Origin: Lama glama
Taxonomy: Eukaryota
Direction: 5' to 3'
NCBI GenBank assembly: GCA_028534125.1
Contig: CM052817.1
Coordinates: forward strand, 60,204,001 to 60,268,000
Length of the DNA: 64,000 nucleotides
This document shows positions 12,110 to 24,874 of the stretch, one piece after another. The position numbers and the translations under genes were made by a program. Numbering within the stretch: the first letter of the stretch is position 1; every line of letters starts with the position of its first letter. The notes below the pieces were generated by a model, which was not told the origin of the DNA, did no database searches, and saw only the letters and a list, made by a program, of their open reading frames with translations.

Positions 12110-13930
12110 CCAAACATATGTGTGTTTTGTTTTTTATTATAGCCATCATCGAGGATGTGAAGTGGTATTTCATGTTGTTTTAATTTACATTTCCTTAATG
12201 ACTAGTGATGTTGAGAATCTTTTCATGTGTTTGTTTATCACTTGTACATCTCATTTGGAGAAATGCCTACTGAAGTCCTTTGCCCATTTTTAAATTATTT
12301 GTCTCTTTGTTGTTGAGTTGCAAGGGTTCTTTATATATTCTGCATAGAAGACCCTTATCAGATACATGATTTAGAAATATTTTTCTTTCATTCTGTGAGT
12401 TGTCTTTTACTTTCTTGATAGTGTCTTTTGATACACAAAATATTTTAATTTTGATATAATCCAACTTAACCTATTTTCCTTTTGTTCCTTATGCTTTTGG
12501 TATCATATCTGAGAAACTATTACCAAATCCAAGGTCATGAAGATTTCCCCTGTGTTTTCTTCTAAACATTTTATGGTCTTAATGCTTATATATAGATCTT
12601 CTTTTGGTTATAAGTTAATTTTTAAATGGTGTGAAGTAGGTGTCCAACTTCATTCTTTTCATTGTGGATATCCAGTTGTACTAGCACCATTTGTTAAAGT
12701 CTTGCCCTTATCGAATGGTCTTGGCACCTTGTTGAAATCACTTGACCATAGACTCTTGGGTTTATTTTTGAACTCTCAATTGTATTCTGTTGATCCCTGT
12801 GCTTATCCTTATGCCAGTATCACATTGTCTCAAATGCTGGTAGTTTGTAATAAGTTTTGAAATCTGGAATTGTGGGTCTTCCTATTCTTTTTCTCAAGAT
12901 TCTTTTGTGGGGGAGTGCATAGCTCAGTGATAGAGCACATGTTTAGCATGCACAGAGTCCTGGGTTCAATCCGCAGTACCTCCATTAAAATAAATAAGCA
13001 AACAAACGGACAAAAAAGATTCTTTTGCTTTGGGATCTCTTGCGTTCCATATAAATTTTATGGTCAGCTTTTACATTTTTGCAAAAGAGCAGTTGGGGTT
13101 TTGATAGGGATTGTATTGTGTCTCTAGATTGCCTTTGGTAGTATTGGCACATTAACTATATTAATTCTTTCAATCCATGAATGTGGGATGTATTTCCGTT
13201 TATTAGATCCTATTTAATTTCCTTCTGCAATATTTTATAATTTTCACTGTGTAAGTTTTGTACCACTTTGGTGAAATTTATTCCTTAGTGGCTTGTTTTC
13301 CCATGCTCTTATGAATGCAGTTTTTTTCTTAATTTACTTTTTGGATTGTTCATTATAGGTGTGTAGAATGAAAACTGATTTTTGTTTAGATCTTGCACCC
13401 TGAAGCTTCCTGACTCTGTTTATCAGCTCTAATAATTTTGGGGGGATTTTTTATAATTTTCTTTGTAGAGTGTCATGTCATTTCTGAATACAGGTAGTTT
13501 TAATTTTTCCTTTCCAATTTGATGCCCTTTATTTCTCCTTCTAGCCCAATTACTCTACCTAGTACTTCTAGTACATTGTTAATTACAGTATCAAAACTGG
13601 ACAACTTTGTCTTATTCCTCTTCTAAAGAAAAAGCGTTCAGTTTTCACCATTAAGTGATTTTTTCATAACTGTGCTTTATCATGCTGTGGAACTTCCCTT
13701 CCAGTCTTGGATTTTATGTGTTTTTATGTTGAAATGTTATATTTTTGTTAAATGCTTTTTTAGCAACAGCTTAAAAGAAATTCTATTTTTCTTCATTTAA
13801 TTAATGTAGTATATTAATTACATTGATTTTTATATATTGAACAAGCCTTGCATTGCTGGGGTAATGGTCATGGTAAATAACCCTTTTAATGTGCTGCTGG
13901 ATTTGCCTTACTAGTATTTTGGGAGGATGC
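12110..13930 (-). mobile_element. Degenerate LINE-1 ORF2 fragment (L1M), split by a SINE
   Basis: Minus ORF 12267-12464 [19 protein letters not shown]...[25 protein letters not shown] matches L1 ORF2. Confidence 0.9.
12908..13015 (+). mobile_element. Full-length tRNA-Ala-derived SINE (camelid Vic-1-like)
   Basis: gggggagtgcatagctcagtgatagagcacatgtttagcatgcacagagtcctgggttcaatccgcagtacctcca plus A-rich tail; perfect 12-bp TSD aagattcttttg at 12896-12907 and 13016-13027. Confidence 0.92.
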
Positions 13931-14889
13931 ATAAGTTCTTTTTTATTGGGAGTTTTGTTGTTGTTTTACTGATAACCTAAATCTTCTTTGTTTTCAATTT
14001 TTCTGGTTTTTGTTTCCCAGGAATTTCCAAAGAATTGTTATAAGTAATCTTTCTTTTCCGTTAAATCCATTTTAAATACCTTTGGATTATTTTTCATAAG
14101 GGAAATAAATACTTTTCCAGTATCCCCTACTAGTTCTATTTCCCCATGTCTTTTAAATTGAGAAGGCTAAAACGCAGTATAATACTCACTCTAGCTATTT
14201 GGTTGCAAGAGTAGTGGGAGGAATATTGTCAATCTTTCTGATATATTATAATCCATTGGATTTTTTAATCTGTATCAGTGCATGAGCTTGACAGTTGTTT
14301 TAATTGTAAATCAATATGCTTTTTCTAGGAGTCAATGAATTAATCAGAATTTAAAACATACAAAGTCTAATCCTTGGAGGTTACTGTCAATTTGAAGCTA
14401 CTAATGCATTGATTATAAAACACTTACACATGGGATTCAAGTGCCTAAACAATTTCTCTTTAAAAGACATCATATTTGCTTCTCTATTCATAGACTATAT
14501 TAAACCTGTGAATAATTGCTTTTGTTTAGATTGATTCTTCAATTTCACTGTCAGTGGGGAATAGTTGAAAATTTTTCTGATATCTAAACTTGAAATTAGA
14601 GTTTAACTTTTCCTGTTATGTCATTCATTCATTCAACATCTTTTCAAATATTACTCAATTGTTGATATCCATTCTCCAGTAATTTCCTATATAATTATGC
14701 ATGAGAGATACAGTTTGAGTCCTCGCATATATAAACAATATATGAAAATTATCCCAGACTATTTTTAAAGAAAGGATCCTTTGTTGTAGATTTTGTTTTG
14801 AAAGAGAGGATCTGAACTGACTGCCATTAATTCTATTTAGGATGGTGGAGAAGTGCAGTTGATGGGAATATTTTCAGTTGATCATCTTG

Positions 14890-15210
14890 TTTTCAGCCTT
14901 TTTACTGCCTTCCATCTTTGATTCAACTCAGCCTCCCAACCCTCTGAAGAGTATTTTAGGGAAGATTTGTGCCTCCTTAACTTCAGTCCTCTCCATAAAT
15001 ATTTTTGGCTGCAACTACTTGCCCTGTGCTTTATGAGTCAACCCTTCCACCTGCCTTCTAGAAATTTGTTGAAATGTCTAGTTTGCTGATGACCTACCAC
15101 TTGTTCTCTTCATTTTTCATGGCTTATAGCTTTTGAAAATACCTTTGCTATCGTAGTTTAGGTCTCTCAGAGGGGAGACAAATAATTATATCTTCTTCAA
15201 TCAAAAGTTT
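14890..15210 (-). mobile_element. Possible very old L1ME/HAL1 5' region
   Basis: ttccacctgccttctagaaatttgttgaaatgtc resembles old L1 5'-end consensus; weak. Confidence 0.35.
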
Positions 15211-15604
15211 TCTTAATACAATTCACTGACACATGGCTTTTGAGTATATGAATAGATTTTACTGAAGCTTTGGAAGATGGAAGGTCATTCTAGCAATTTA
15301 TTGTTATCTCGACATATATTTTTCCCAAAAGTTATTTGAGTATTTTTTCTATTATGTGATCATCTATTTTTTCTGTTACTCAGTCTACATTCTTATTATC
15401 CATTCCTCTTTCCTCTATCCCATAGCCTAAGTTTTCTTTATATTTTTATATGGATTATTTTATCTATCTTTTTTCCTTGTCTCTTTCTGAATAAATCCTG
15501 AATGTCAGGATTTCGCCTTCGTTTTAAGTAGTTTAAATAAGTGTTTTTCCTAAATACTTTCTTTCCAAAGAGGAAATCTAGAGACAGCTGTATTATTTAA
15601 GCTG

Positions 15605-15678
15605 TTTTTTTAACCCTATTTGATTATAAATTGCTTTGATTTGATTTTTTTAACCCAATTTGATTATAAAGTGCTTTG
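15605..15678. repeat. Tandem duplication, 34-bp unit at 40-bp period
   Basis: tttttttaaccctatttgattataaattgctttg versus tttttttaacccaatttgattataaagtgctttg (2 mismatches). Confidence 0.85.
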
Positions 15679-15851
15679 TGTATACTATTATGCCAATTCT
15701 ACTAAATAGGACTCAATGATATTGATTTTAGCTAGTTGTATCCAACACTGAATACCCTCTCATCTCTAAAACATAAACTACTATCTGCGAAGGAAAGACC
15801 ACACATAAGTTGGACATAGGAAATCCTACAACTTTCTATACCTTAAGACCT

Positions 15852-16035
15852 AAGGTTCTCAAAAGTTAGCTTTCATCAGAGTCACATAAAAGACCCACAG
15901 AATCACCTAAAGGACAGGTTTCTGGATCATGTCCCATAACTTTTGATACAACAGGTCTGTATGGAGCCCAGTAATTTGCATTTCTGTAAAGCTTCCAGTA
16001 CTGCTGGTCTGGGAACTATAAGGTGAAAACCATTG
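15852..16035. mobile_element. MER5A-like hAT-Charlie DNA transposon relic
   Basis: ggttctcaaa...agaatcacct...aggtctg...gagcccagtaatttgcatttct...gctggtctgggaacta...gaaaaccattg. Confidence 0.75.
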
Positions 16036-17029
16036 CCTAGTGAATCACTGTTTCACTGAAAAATAGAATAGCTCAAATGCCTTGAACTTGAGAGATAGAT
16101 TTAGAGACATCTAAATATGTCAATAGTTTCTGAAAATATTACATCATATAATTGTGATATTTTAATTTTTTCGATAGGTATTCAATTGCAGAGAAAGATG
16201 TTTGAGAATGATGTAGCAGAAAATTAGGTGTTTTCTGTGATTAATAGTTTCACACTCTAGTAACATGAGTCAAAGTGCACATAGGCATTAAACTTCAGCT
16301 AGTTGTTGCAAATACTGTGGGAACTCTACAAACAAAACACAAAAATTGAAATGAGTCTCATCCTCTTGTCGGCATTTGTGGTTTCTACATGTAAGCCCAA
16401 TATTTATAAGTTTCTATGTACTAATATGAAATAAATATTTTTTAAAGATAGTAAAGGTTTATTAAAGATGTAATTTTTAACAGAGTAGGAATTGCTTTTC
16501 CTTCCCTAGAAATCATACAGTGTATAACAATGGCTGATACAAAATCAGAATTGCTAGTTTCTCATTTTGTAGAGAAGTAACATGAGTATTGCCTACGGAA
16601 TAGTAAAGTTACATTATGAAAGGATTTTTATTATCAAAAAGTGAACTTACAAAGTCTCAGATTTACAGTTTTTTCAACTACTGAATGTACCTCATGATTT
16701 AACTTTAAGATAACTTAGCATGGACAAATGTCTACTTTCTGAGAAGAGATTTGAAGTAATGAAAAACTGCTTAATGAACATATATATAGCCTGGTATCTT
16801 ATAGGGTGTGTGTGTGTGTGTCTGTAATGTAGTCAATAAGCAAAATTTCCAAAATCTTACTAGCATTAAAAAGGATGAATTAGAAAGGTTGTCTTCCACA
16901 TCATATTTATCAGCAAGCTTTTACAGTTTTCTCTGATGAGCTATGTTTTTGGTTGATTACCTCTAGTGTGATAATACAATGAAGTTCATGCTCTTTGTTC
17001 AGTTTAATTACCTGTTGTAAAAAAATCAT

Positions 17030-17430
17030 TTAACATTATATTATCGCTATTTTACCATGCCATCAAACATGCTTCTAAAACGTGTTTTTAAATGTCCCAA
17101 CAGCATTACACCATATAAATGTGTCATAAATTAAGCATGTCTCTCTGTTTAGGGGAATTTCCTTCAAATTGTTTCCTAAGAGTGAAATTGCTGAGTTAAT
17201 GTATAAATATATATGCATGACTCAATAACATTTTTTGCAAAAAAAATGTAGTGACTAATGCATCTACTTTCAGTGATAATGTATATTTTACAATACCCTT
17301 TTAGATAAATACTGCCTATCATTTTATTTGTATTTTTGCCAATTTGATAGCTACAATCATGCCAGTATGGTTTTAATTTGCATTTTTGTAAATTTGTAAT
17401 AGATGGTTTTTAATATGCTTTTAAGTTGAT
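17030..17430 (-). mobile_element. Ancient LINE-1 fragment (L1ME-like)
   Basis: ttcctaagagtgaaattgctgagt, tttttgccaatttgatag, ggttttaatttgcattt. Confidence 0.55.
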
Positions 17431-18286
17431 CACTTTTTTTCTGTTTAAAATATAGCTATATGTTAGTGAGTATAATATGTTATGTAAAAGCAGGAAAAGG
17501 ATAACTAAGATTTTGGAAAGACTACATCTATACTATTTTCCTGTTTAAAACCTGGAAGTCTAACATAAATATATGTGTGATTGCTATAACTAATTTTAAC
17601 ACATGAAAATTAACAGATATTTCTTTTTCTTTTTTTCCTTTTTTCCCTTTACATTTTGTGTCCATAAGAAAGTTTTATTTAAACTTCTTTATCAAATTCA
17701 GGATTAGTGCATAGCTTTATGGTTAAGAAAAATTGCAGCTCATATGTGGCCTAAAAGGAGATATATGAATGATATATTGCCTAGAATTCACACAGTTAGT
17801 TTTTTAGGTAATAGAACACATTATAGATTGTATGATCATGTTTCTTTCCTTGACAGTTACCCAAATCAAAATCATTTCATTTGCAAATTGAAATATGATG
17901 AATTAATCAAACCTCTGAAGAACACAAAAGGAGATATCATATGTGAATGAAATGTGCAACATTTACTTTTTTATTCTGTCACTTATTCTAGGCATATATG
18001 AATCAACTATAAAGATAAAGTGAATGACTTTCTTTTCTAATCTGGGAGTGATAAGAGATTTTATATATAAATATAAATATTTTTCCAGGAAGAGACACAT
18101 TCATTTCAAACAACTCAATTACTCAACGTTGTGTGTGTGTGTGTTTGTGTTTGTAGTGTGTGTGTTTGAATTTGATGTACTTTTTCTCTGATAACATATC
18201 AGTCTTATGAGTCTGTGACAGTGTGAGAGCACAACTGGAAAGCAATCTGGAGACACTGTTGTTATACAGATTTAAAAAAATAGTGC

Positions 18287-18327
18287 TGTGTGTGTGTGCA
18301 CGTGCACGCACGCGTGTGCATGCACAT
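18287..18327. repeat. 41-nt strictly alternating purine-pyrimidine tract (TG/CA/CG)
   Basis: tgtgtgtgtgtgcacgtgcacgcacgcgtgtgcatgcacat; an imperfect (TG)n also lies at about 18130-18165. Confidence 0.85.
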
Positions 18328-20384
18328 TTGGGAGTTTTGAAAGAGAGAGGAGATTTGTGCAGTAACTTTTAAATATTTTGAATAGAATAGATTAAATAGA
18401 TCAACTATTTGTTGAATTTGTAATTATTGAATATCTAAATATTAAGGACAAGTTTTAAAATGAAAATATGGCATAACATTTAAAAAAAAATGATTACTGA
18501 ATGACAAGCCAAAATAGGCTTTACAACTTCATAGGTGACTGAATGTTAGTCTGTGATTGGCTCTTTTCCAGCAGTAGAACTGGCAGACTTCAGATAGGGA
18601 GCTAAATGCGACTCTGCTGTGATAAGAAATGGGAAAAAAATAGAGAAAATAATTGCTTTAGCAGTCATCTAGTTTAGAAATGATGGATTCTTTCAGGTAG
18701 AATTCAATAACCTTTCCATCCCTTGCCCACTCTTTGAGCACTCTGTGAGGTCAGATGTCTCTGTCTAGGGAGGTGGAAACTGTTTAGAAACCTGCTACCA
18801 TCCAAAATACTGCAACTGAAATAATGTTAGTATAGTTGTGCACTAAGGCTTGTTGTTCTTTGTGTATGTGAGCATGAGGTGAAAAGGAACTATCTCTTAA
18901 AGATTTTTCTATCTAATACTCTTCAGGATCTAATGAGATCAGTCAACTTCAGATAAATATCCTGATGCTGAACTCACTATTGGGCATCTCCGTGTACTGA
19001 CCCATTTTTCTTTAGCTGTTCTTACGAGGAATGGCAGTGTATGTTAAGGGCAGAAGAAATGCCTATTTTTATGTGACTATTTGAGAAAGGAAATAAGACA
19101 AGTCAATAAAGATATAGCAAAGTTTGGCTTTAGGATTTGTTCTGTTTTGCTCCTCTGACCAGCCACACATGTTTGGGAAACTAATCCTTTACTTTGACAG
19201 ACTTATTCTGCGTTACACCTTCTACTGAGTTTTCTGAAAAAGCAAAAAGTATTTTGTCCTCTGGCATTCACACACCAGGTGGTCTAATTTTTGCCTGTTG
19301 GCTCACAATAGGTATTTGGAGGTTTTCTCCCTGACCTGAATCGATTCTCCAACTGACAGAGCAAAGTAAATCTTGGACAAAAACAACCGAGAATATGTTT
19401 CCACTAGCAAGGTCAGTGTAAATTATGGAGGATTTATGTACTAAGGTGATGTATTAGAATCCTATGAGTGCTTTTGTTTGAATAGAAATATCAAAATATC
19501 AAGGCATGTTGACTTAGACAGATATATGATTTTTTAATACAGTTTCAATTATTAGTTAATGTTACTTCACTCTCCTGATGCTTCATTTGTTGCACAACTA
19601 AGGCATGGACAGTTTTCTGTGTCAGTCCTACAAGAAGCAGGGTTAGTCCCATATAATTTTGTAGTAGCATGCTGCTTCTGATAGTGACAGAAAGCAAGCA
19701 TGGCAATAGGATATGTTTGTTCTCCTAATCACTGGCTTCAGAAGTTTTGTTCTACTTTCCATTATTTATATAAATATTTGAAAATGTACTTAAGTTTTAT
19801 AATTTTGACATCATTTGAAGTAATATATACTAGAAAAAACATCACCTTCTAGGTAATTTAGTTTCTTTCTTTTTTTAAACTCTGGTATTTAATTGTATTT
19901 CGGTTAAGGGATGTGGTATTATTCAGCTGTTTTGGGAATTACTTGGCAAATCCATATTCAAGTAATTTACACTGATCATATTTTTGTAGATTTTGTTCCT
20001 ATTCTCTTTCAGTATTTTGATTCACTAGTATAAAAAACTAAATATTTTTCTCTATTCTTCTAAAATGAACTCTTTAATCAGTTTTCTCTGGATGCTCCCT
20101 AGTTTTCAGGTATCTTTTTGAAGATAAAAACTAGAACTACACTATCATAGGTATATATATTCTATGGATTTTACCTATATGGAGATAGGTTAACATGTTT
20201 TCTCATATTTTCAGTACTCTTTTGATTATTCCAATGTTTTTCATTACTGGAACAGAATTATGATTAAGCTTTTTAATTTTTAGATTAAGTCTAAGCCTAT
20301 TGAGTGAAAGAAAATTTACAACTATAGGTTTTACGGTGTGCCATATAAAAAATTCTCCAAAAGTAGCAACAGAAAATTTTATTT

Positions 20385-20740
20385 TATCTTTTAAATAAAT
20401 AACATATGCACATGTACAAATTTTAAAAAGCATTAAAGTCCAGTGATTAGTTTTCTACCCACCACTGTGCCCCCACTATCCATTTCTTTTTTAGAACTAT
20501 GTTGTAGATATACAATCAAATCCTTATTTCCTATCCCTTTTTATTTAAATTGCTTTATACTGCACATGTTGTTCTACACCTTGCTTCAGGTTTAGTGTTC
20601 TTAGTATTCTTTTTATGGCTGCATACTGTTCTGTGTGTGAGTAATTTATTTAAACTTTGCTCTATTGATAGACAAAATAAGGTTTACCCAGTCTTTTTCT
20701 GTTGAAAACAATGATTCAATGAAATGTTATGTACGTATTT
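20385..20740 (-). mobile_element. Ancient LINE-1 3' fragment (L1ME-like)
   Basis: ttttatggctgcatactgttc...atttatttaa...ctattgatagaca...ccagtcttttt. Confidence 0.55.
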
Positions 20741-20964
20741 TTTGAAGATTTATCTGGTAGCTTTTTTAAAGAAAGTTGTGGGTAATTATGACTTCAGTGA
20801 TGTCAAGGACCAGATAAGCATAAATCGATGTTATAATCCAGTGTATAATACAATCTTGGAACAAGCCAAGCTGGATTTTCTCTCTGCACTGCCCATTTTG
20901 GACTCCTCATGTTTCAGGCTCCTTTTCAGGCTTATTTTCTAATTCAGTAAACCGTATACATGAG

Positions 20965-21367
20965 TGTATTCATTTTCTAAGACTGCTGTTACAGAGTACC
21001 ACAAACTAGATAGCTAAAAACAACAAAAAATAATTGTCCTATAGTTCTGGAGACTAAAAGGAAAAAAATCAAGATGTCAGCAGGGCTATGTTCCTTCTGA
21101 ACCTGTCCAAGAGAATGTTTTGCTTCTTCCTAGTTTCCGGTGGTGGCTGTCAAGCCCTGGCCTTCCCTGGCTTTCAGCTCTGTCACTCCAATTCCTGCCT
21201 CTTTTGTCATAATGGACACCAGTATTAGATCAGGGCCCAGAATAATTATCTCATTTTAATTTGATCGTATCTGCCAAGTTCTTATTTACATATAAGTTCA
21301 CATTCACAGGTTCTGGGAGTTACAATTTCAACATTTTTAGAGAGGGGGCATAATTTAAACCATAACG
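20965..21367 (-). mobile_element. MaLR solo LTR (MLT1B/C-like)
   Basis: tgtattcattttctaagactgctgttacagagtaccacaaact...agttctggagact...aagatgtcagcagggctatg...cacattcacaggttctggg...ataatttaaaccataac. Confidence 0.85.
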
Positions 21368-22186
21368 TTGAATAATAGAAGGTAACCCCAGTGCTTCAGT
21401 AATCTTGTAAAACTGATGTCCCAAAGTAAGCTCTGTATTCTAGAGTTTAATTGTGTATATTATATCATTCACCTAGAACTCCATGTAGTATATGAATATA
21501 TCTTTAGATTGTAGTCTACTATAAATACTGGTGCTTTTAGCATTAGGAAAATTCAGTAAGGAAAAATTTAAAGTTTCGTATTCAAATTGTGCTGAACTTT
21601 TCTGTAATCTCACAGTTTCTGTCTGTCACATCAAATTGGAAAATAAGTATGTTTTGTTTTCTCTTTTTTCGTAATGGGCCTAGTCAAGCAGTAATTAGTT
21701 GATGTGCTCATTTTACTGCATTTAATAGGGATCAATAACCAGAATTATTGTTCAAGTTTGTCATCAGATAACAAATCACAGCAAACGAATCCAACAGGAG
21801 TCAATGTGATGACTCATTAGCAATGAGCTCTCACCAAGAGCCCTAACTAGCTGAAGATGTCACACCATATTGTTTTATGTGAAGCAGATAGCAATAATAA
21901 AATTAGGTTCTTAAAACTGACACCAGGAATGTACTCTATTTTTATTTTAGGGCTTTTCTGCTTTTAAAATACTGAAACTAATTTATGTCCTTTTTGTTGT
22001 TCTTATCATTTGTTTTAAAATGCATATTTTTAAATTTCTTGAAGATCACATCTGATTGATGCTTATGATTTTTATAAAGTCTATCCCTAAAAAATATTTA
22101 CTATATTTAATGTCCAGTCCTCTCACTTGACTGTTATGTTCAATTATGGAGTTATTTTTAGCAATTTCTTCATGAAATCAAGTGCA

Positions 22187-22262
22187 CTGCACACCCACAC
22201 ACATGCACATACACAGGGTCCATATACTCTCTCACGCACACACACACACACACAAACATACA
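22187..22262. repeat. Imperfect (CA)n microsatellite region
   Basis: Direct reading. Confidence 0.75.
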
Positions 22263-22829
22263 TGCAGATCATAAATTCTAAAGCAGGCTGAAAGAGAATT
22301 CAAATAAATGTTTATATGACAGCTAATCTAATTCCAAATCTCCCAATTATACTATCATGACTCATGAATATCTGCTCTTCTTTACTATTACATTCTTAGA
22401 AATGAAGTAGATCAAGAGTGGGATGTTGGGATGGGGAATAAACCATTTTCTGGTGGTGGTAGAACATATTTTCTCCAGAAGAATGGACAGTATTCACCTA
22501 GAACATAAATATCTAACTTCTCAGATATATTCTCAAATATGTTCTTTGGTATATTTTTATCTTATTATGATTCCTTGATTTATTATTTTATAACATCTAT
22601 ACAGATATTCAAGTCATCCTCCAAGTGTAGGCAGGAGAATTTGTCCTCCTGACCAAATTGTTGTTTATTGATTTAATTTTATAAAGTACCTACCCTATAC
22701 CAGAAACTAAGCTGAATTTTAGAAATAAAGAAGAGTATAGACCCTGATGACTCAAGTATAACAAAGTTAATATACTATGTGAAGAGTTCAGTAGGAAACT
22801 CTAAGTACAGCTTATAGAAATCTATAGCT

Positions 22830-22955
22830 GAACAACAAGTCATGAACTCTTACCCTATGCAAGGAACTCTCCCAGGTGCTATTGAAGATAACAGGAAGTA
22901 GTGAGCAAGGTCTCTGCCCTCAAGAGTTCACCATTTAATTGGGGAGAGAAGGCCT
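22830..22955 (-). mobile_element. L2 3' end fragment
   Basis: taccctatgcaagg...ccaggtgct...aaggtctctgccctcaagagttcaccatttaattgggga. Confidence 0.55.
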
Positions 22956-23239
22956 GAAGTGGATATCAAGTTAAAGTTACAAGAAAAATGTGTGGTATTA
23001 AGGATTTATTTCCTTGTATGCCATATAGGTGTCATGATAGCCCTTTGTGTGAATTCAGGTGAGGGGTAGTCACTTTGGCAGAAGGGGTATAGGGTGGACC
23101 ACACAGAGGACAAAGCCTTTGACTTATACGTTGGATGAAATAGGATTTGGATAATATTTTAATCTTATTATTCATATTATACAATCTCCCATTCAGATTT
23201 AGTGGATTCTGTCTTTCTCTTTTGAAAGCGTAGGTAGTA

Positions 23240-23460
23240 ATTAAAGCTAACTTAGTCAATAGTTTATGTGACAATAGTTTATGTATTGTGCTAAGTACTT
23301 TAATGATTATGAGGATGCTCTGATATAGACACTATTAACATGACCATTTTAGGATGAGAAATTGAGGCATGGGAGAGATTATATAACTGTCCTTGGCTCA
23401 CGTAGCTCAGAAGTAGTAAGTGTAGTCGAACCCAGGCAGTATTTTGACAAAGCTTACCCA
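23240..23460 (-). mobile_element. MIR SINE
   Basis: ccattttaggatgagaaattgaggcatgggagagatt...cgaacccaggcagt. Confidence 0.75.
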
Positions 23461-24214
23461 CACTTCATATTCTCTCCCTACTTAAGCTAACTACCTGATA
23501 GAACGGGTCAGTATGTTCAAGTTTATGTTTTAAATTAGCAACATCCTTGAATAAATGTCCAAATAAATTGTATTATATCTGGGAGCAGTAAGAATGGTAG
23601 TGGATTAATTAAGAAAACTAATTAAACTTGGTTCACCATTTGCTTGGATTGATTTTCTGTCACAGAAGTCAACTCATCAAATAATTAGGAAATATAAAAA
23701 TAATTAAAAGCTAAATCAGCTGATTTTTATTTGAATAAAATTTTAAATGCTTAATGGTAAAATTTAATTATTTTTACATTTAAAAATTCAGATAAATTAA
23801 GGAAATTATTTTTATATTTAGTATAAATTATTTACTATTTCTTAATACTGGTTATTTTATTTATTTACTTGTTTGCTTATTTTTGTTATTGTTTGTAAAT
23901 ATTATTTACTTACTAGGAAGAGAAGTTTAGTTCATATTTGGAAATTTGAAGAAAGGAGGCTCTTTGTTACATATTACTTGATATTACGGCTTCAGAAGTA
24001 TTTTTTGAATTTTAATGTAATTCAGATTCAGTTGAGATGCATTTTAATTACACAATGAAATTGGATATTTTTCAAATTCTGGAATTAATTATCTCTGTTA
24101 CATTCAGGATTATGTAACTATCCGGGAAAATGTGCAAGAGCAAGAATGTGCACTAGCAAGGGAGAACCATTTAGATGTCTCCAAAAAAAACGTCTGTCAG
24201 TGGGCAGCAAAAAT

Positions 24215-24440
24215 TCTCCTTGAAGTCTTCTCTGACCATTCGATTTAGAAGTAATTTCTCATTTTTTGGAACTGTAAGAAGAGTTATAGCATGTATCTCT
24301 GTCAACACTCTATAATACTTCGGGATATTTACTTACCTCCTATTTGTAATGAATGTTGTTGTCTTGAGAGCAGGGACCCTGTGTGTGTTATCTGTAGCAC
24401 CTAGCATAACATCAGGCTGAAAAAAGTACAATGAATAATT
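24215..24440 (+). mobile_element. L2 3' end
   Basis: cttgagagcagggaccctgtg...tctgtagcacctagcataac. Confidence 0.6.
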
Positions 24441-24874
24441 TTCACTTTGCAGAGAAAAGATTTGATGTATAAACACAGATGAGCAGAACTGAGTGATAAA
24501 CCATAGCAGATGCTCATTACACTCCTTGTGTGATGCTCTGGTGCTATTCATAATCTCTCTAACTTTTGCAACAACCTCTAAGGTAGATCCAGTCTCCATT
24601 TAACAGATTAACAAACATAAGATTGTAAAAGTTAAATCAGTTCATAAAAATCCTGGCTCTGTTGTAAAAGGAAAATCGCTGTTAGATGACAGAGATCTGG
24701 TTTTCAAGTCTTCATCTTTACTCTTCTAGATTTTGTGTCTTGTTTTGGAGTTACTTCAGTAATAATCAGTTTTGAGCCTCAAAGCCAGGCTCTCAGGCCA
24801 CCTAAATAAAGAGATAGAAACTACATCTTATCTCAGTTTAAATAGTGCAGAATACATTATTACCCTTAAAAGAA

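Noticed and set aside
12909..12984. tRNA-Ala(AGC) gene
   Set aside because: Stem mismatches, an A-rich tail, a TSD and no oligo-T terminator directly after the tRNA body indicate a SINE, not a functional tRNA
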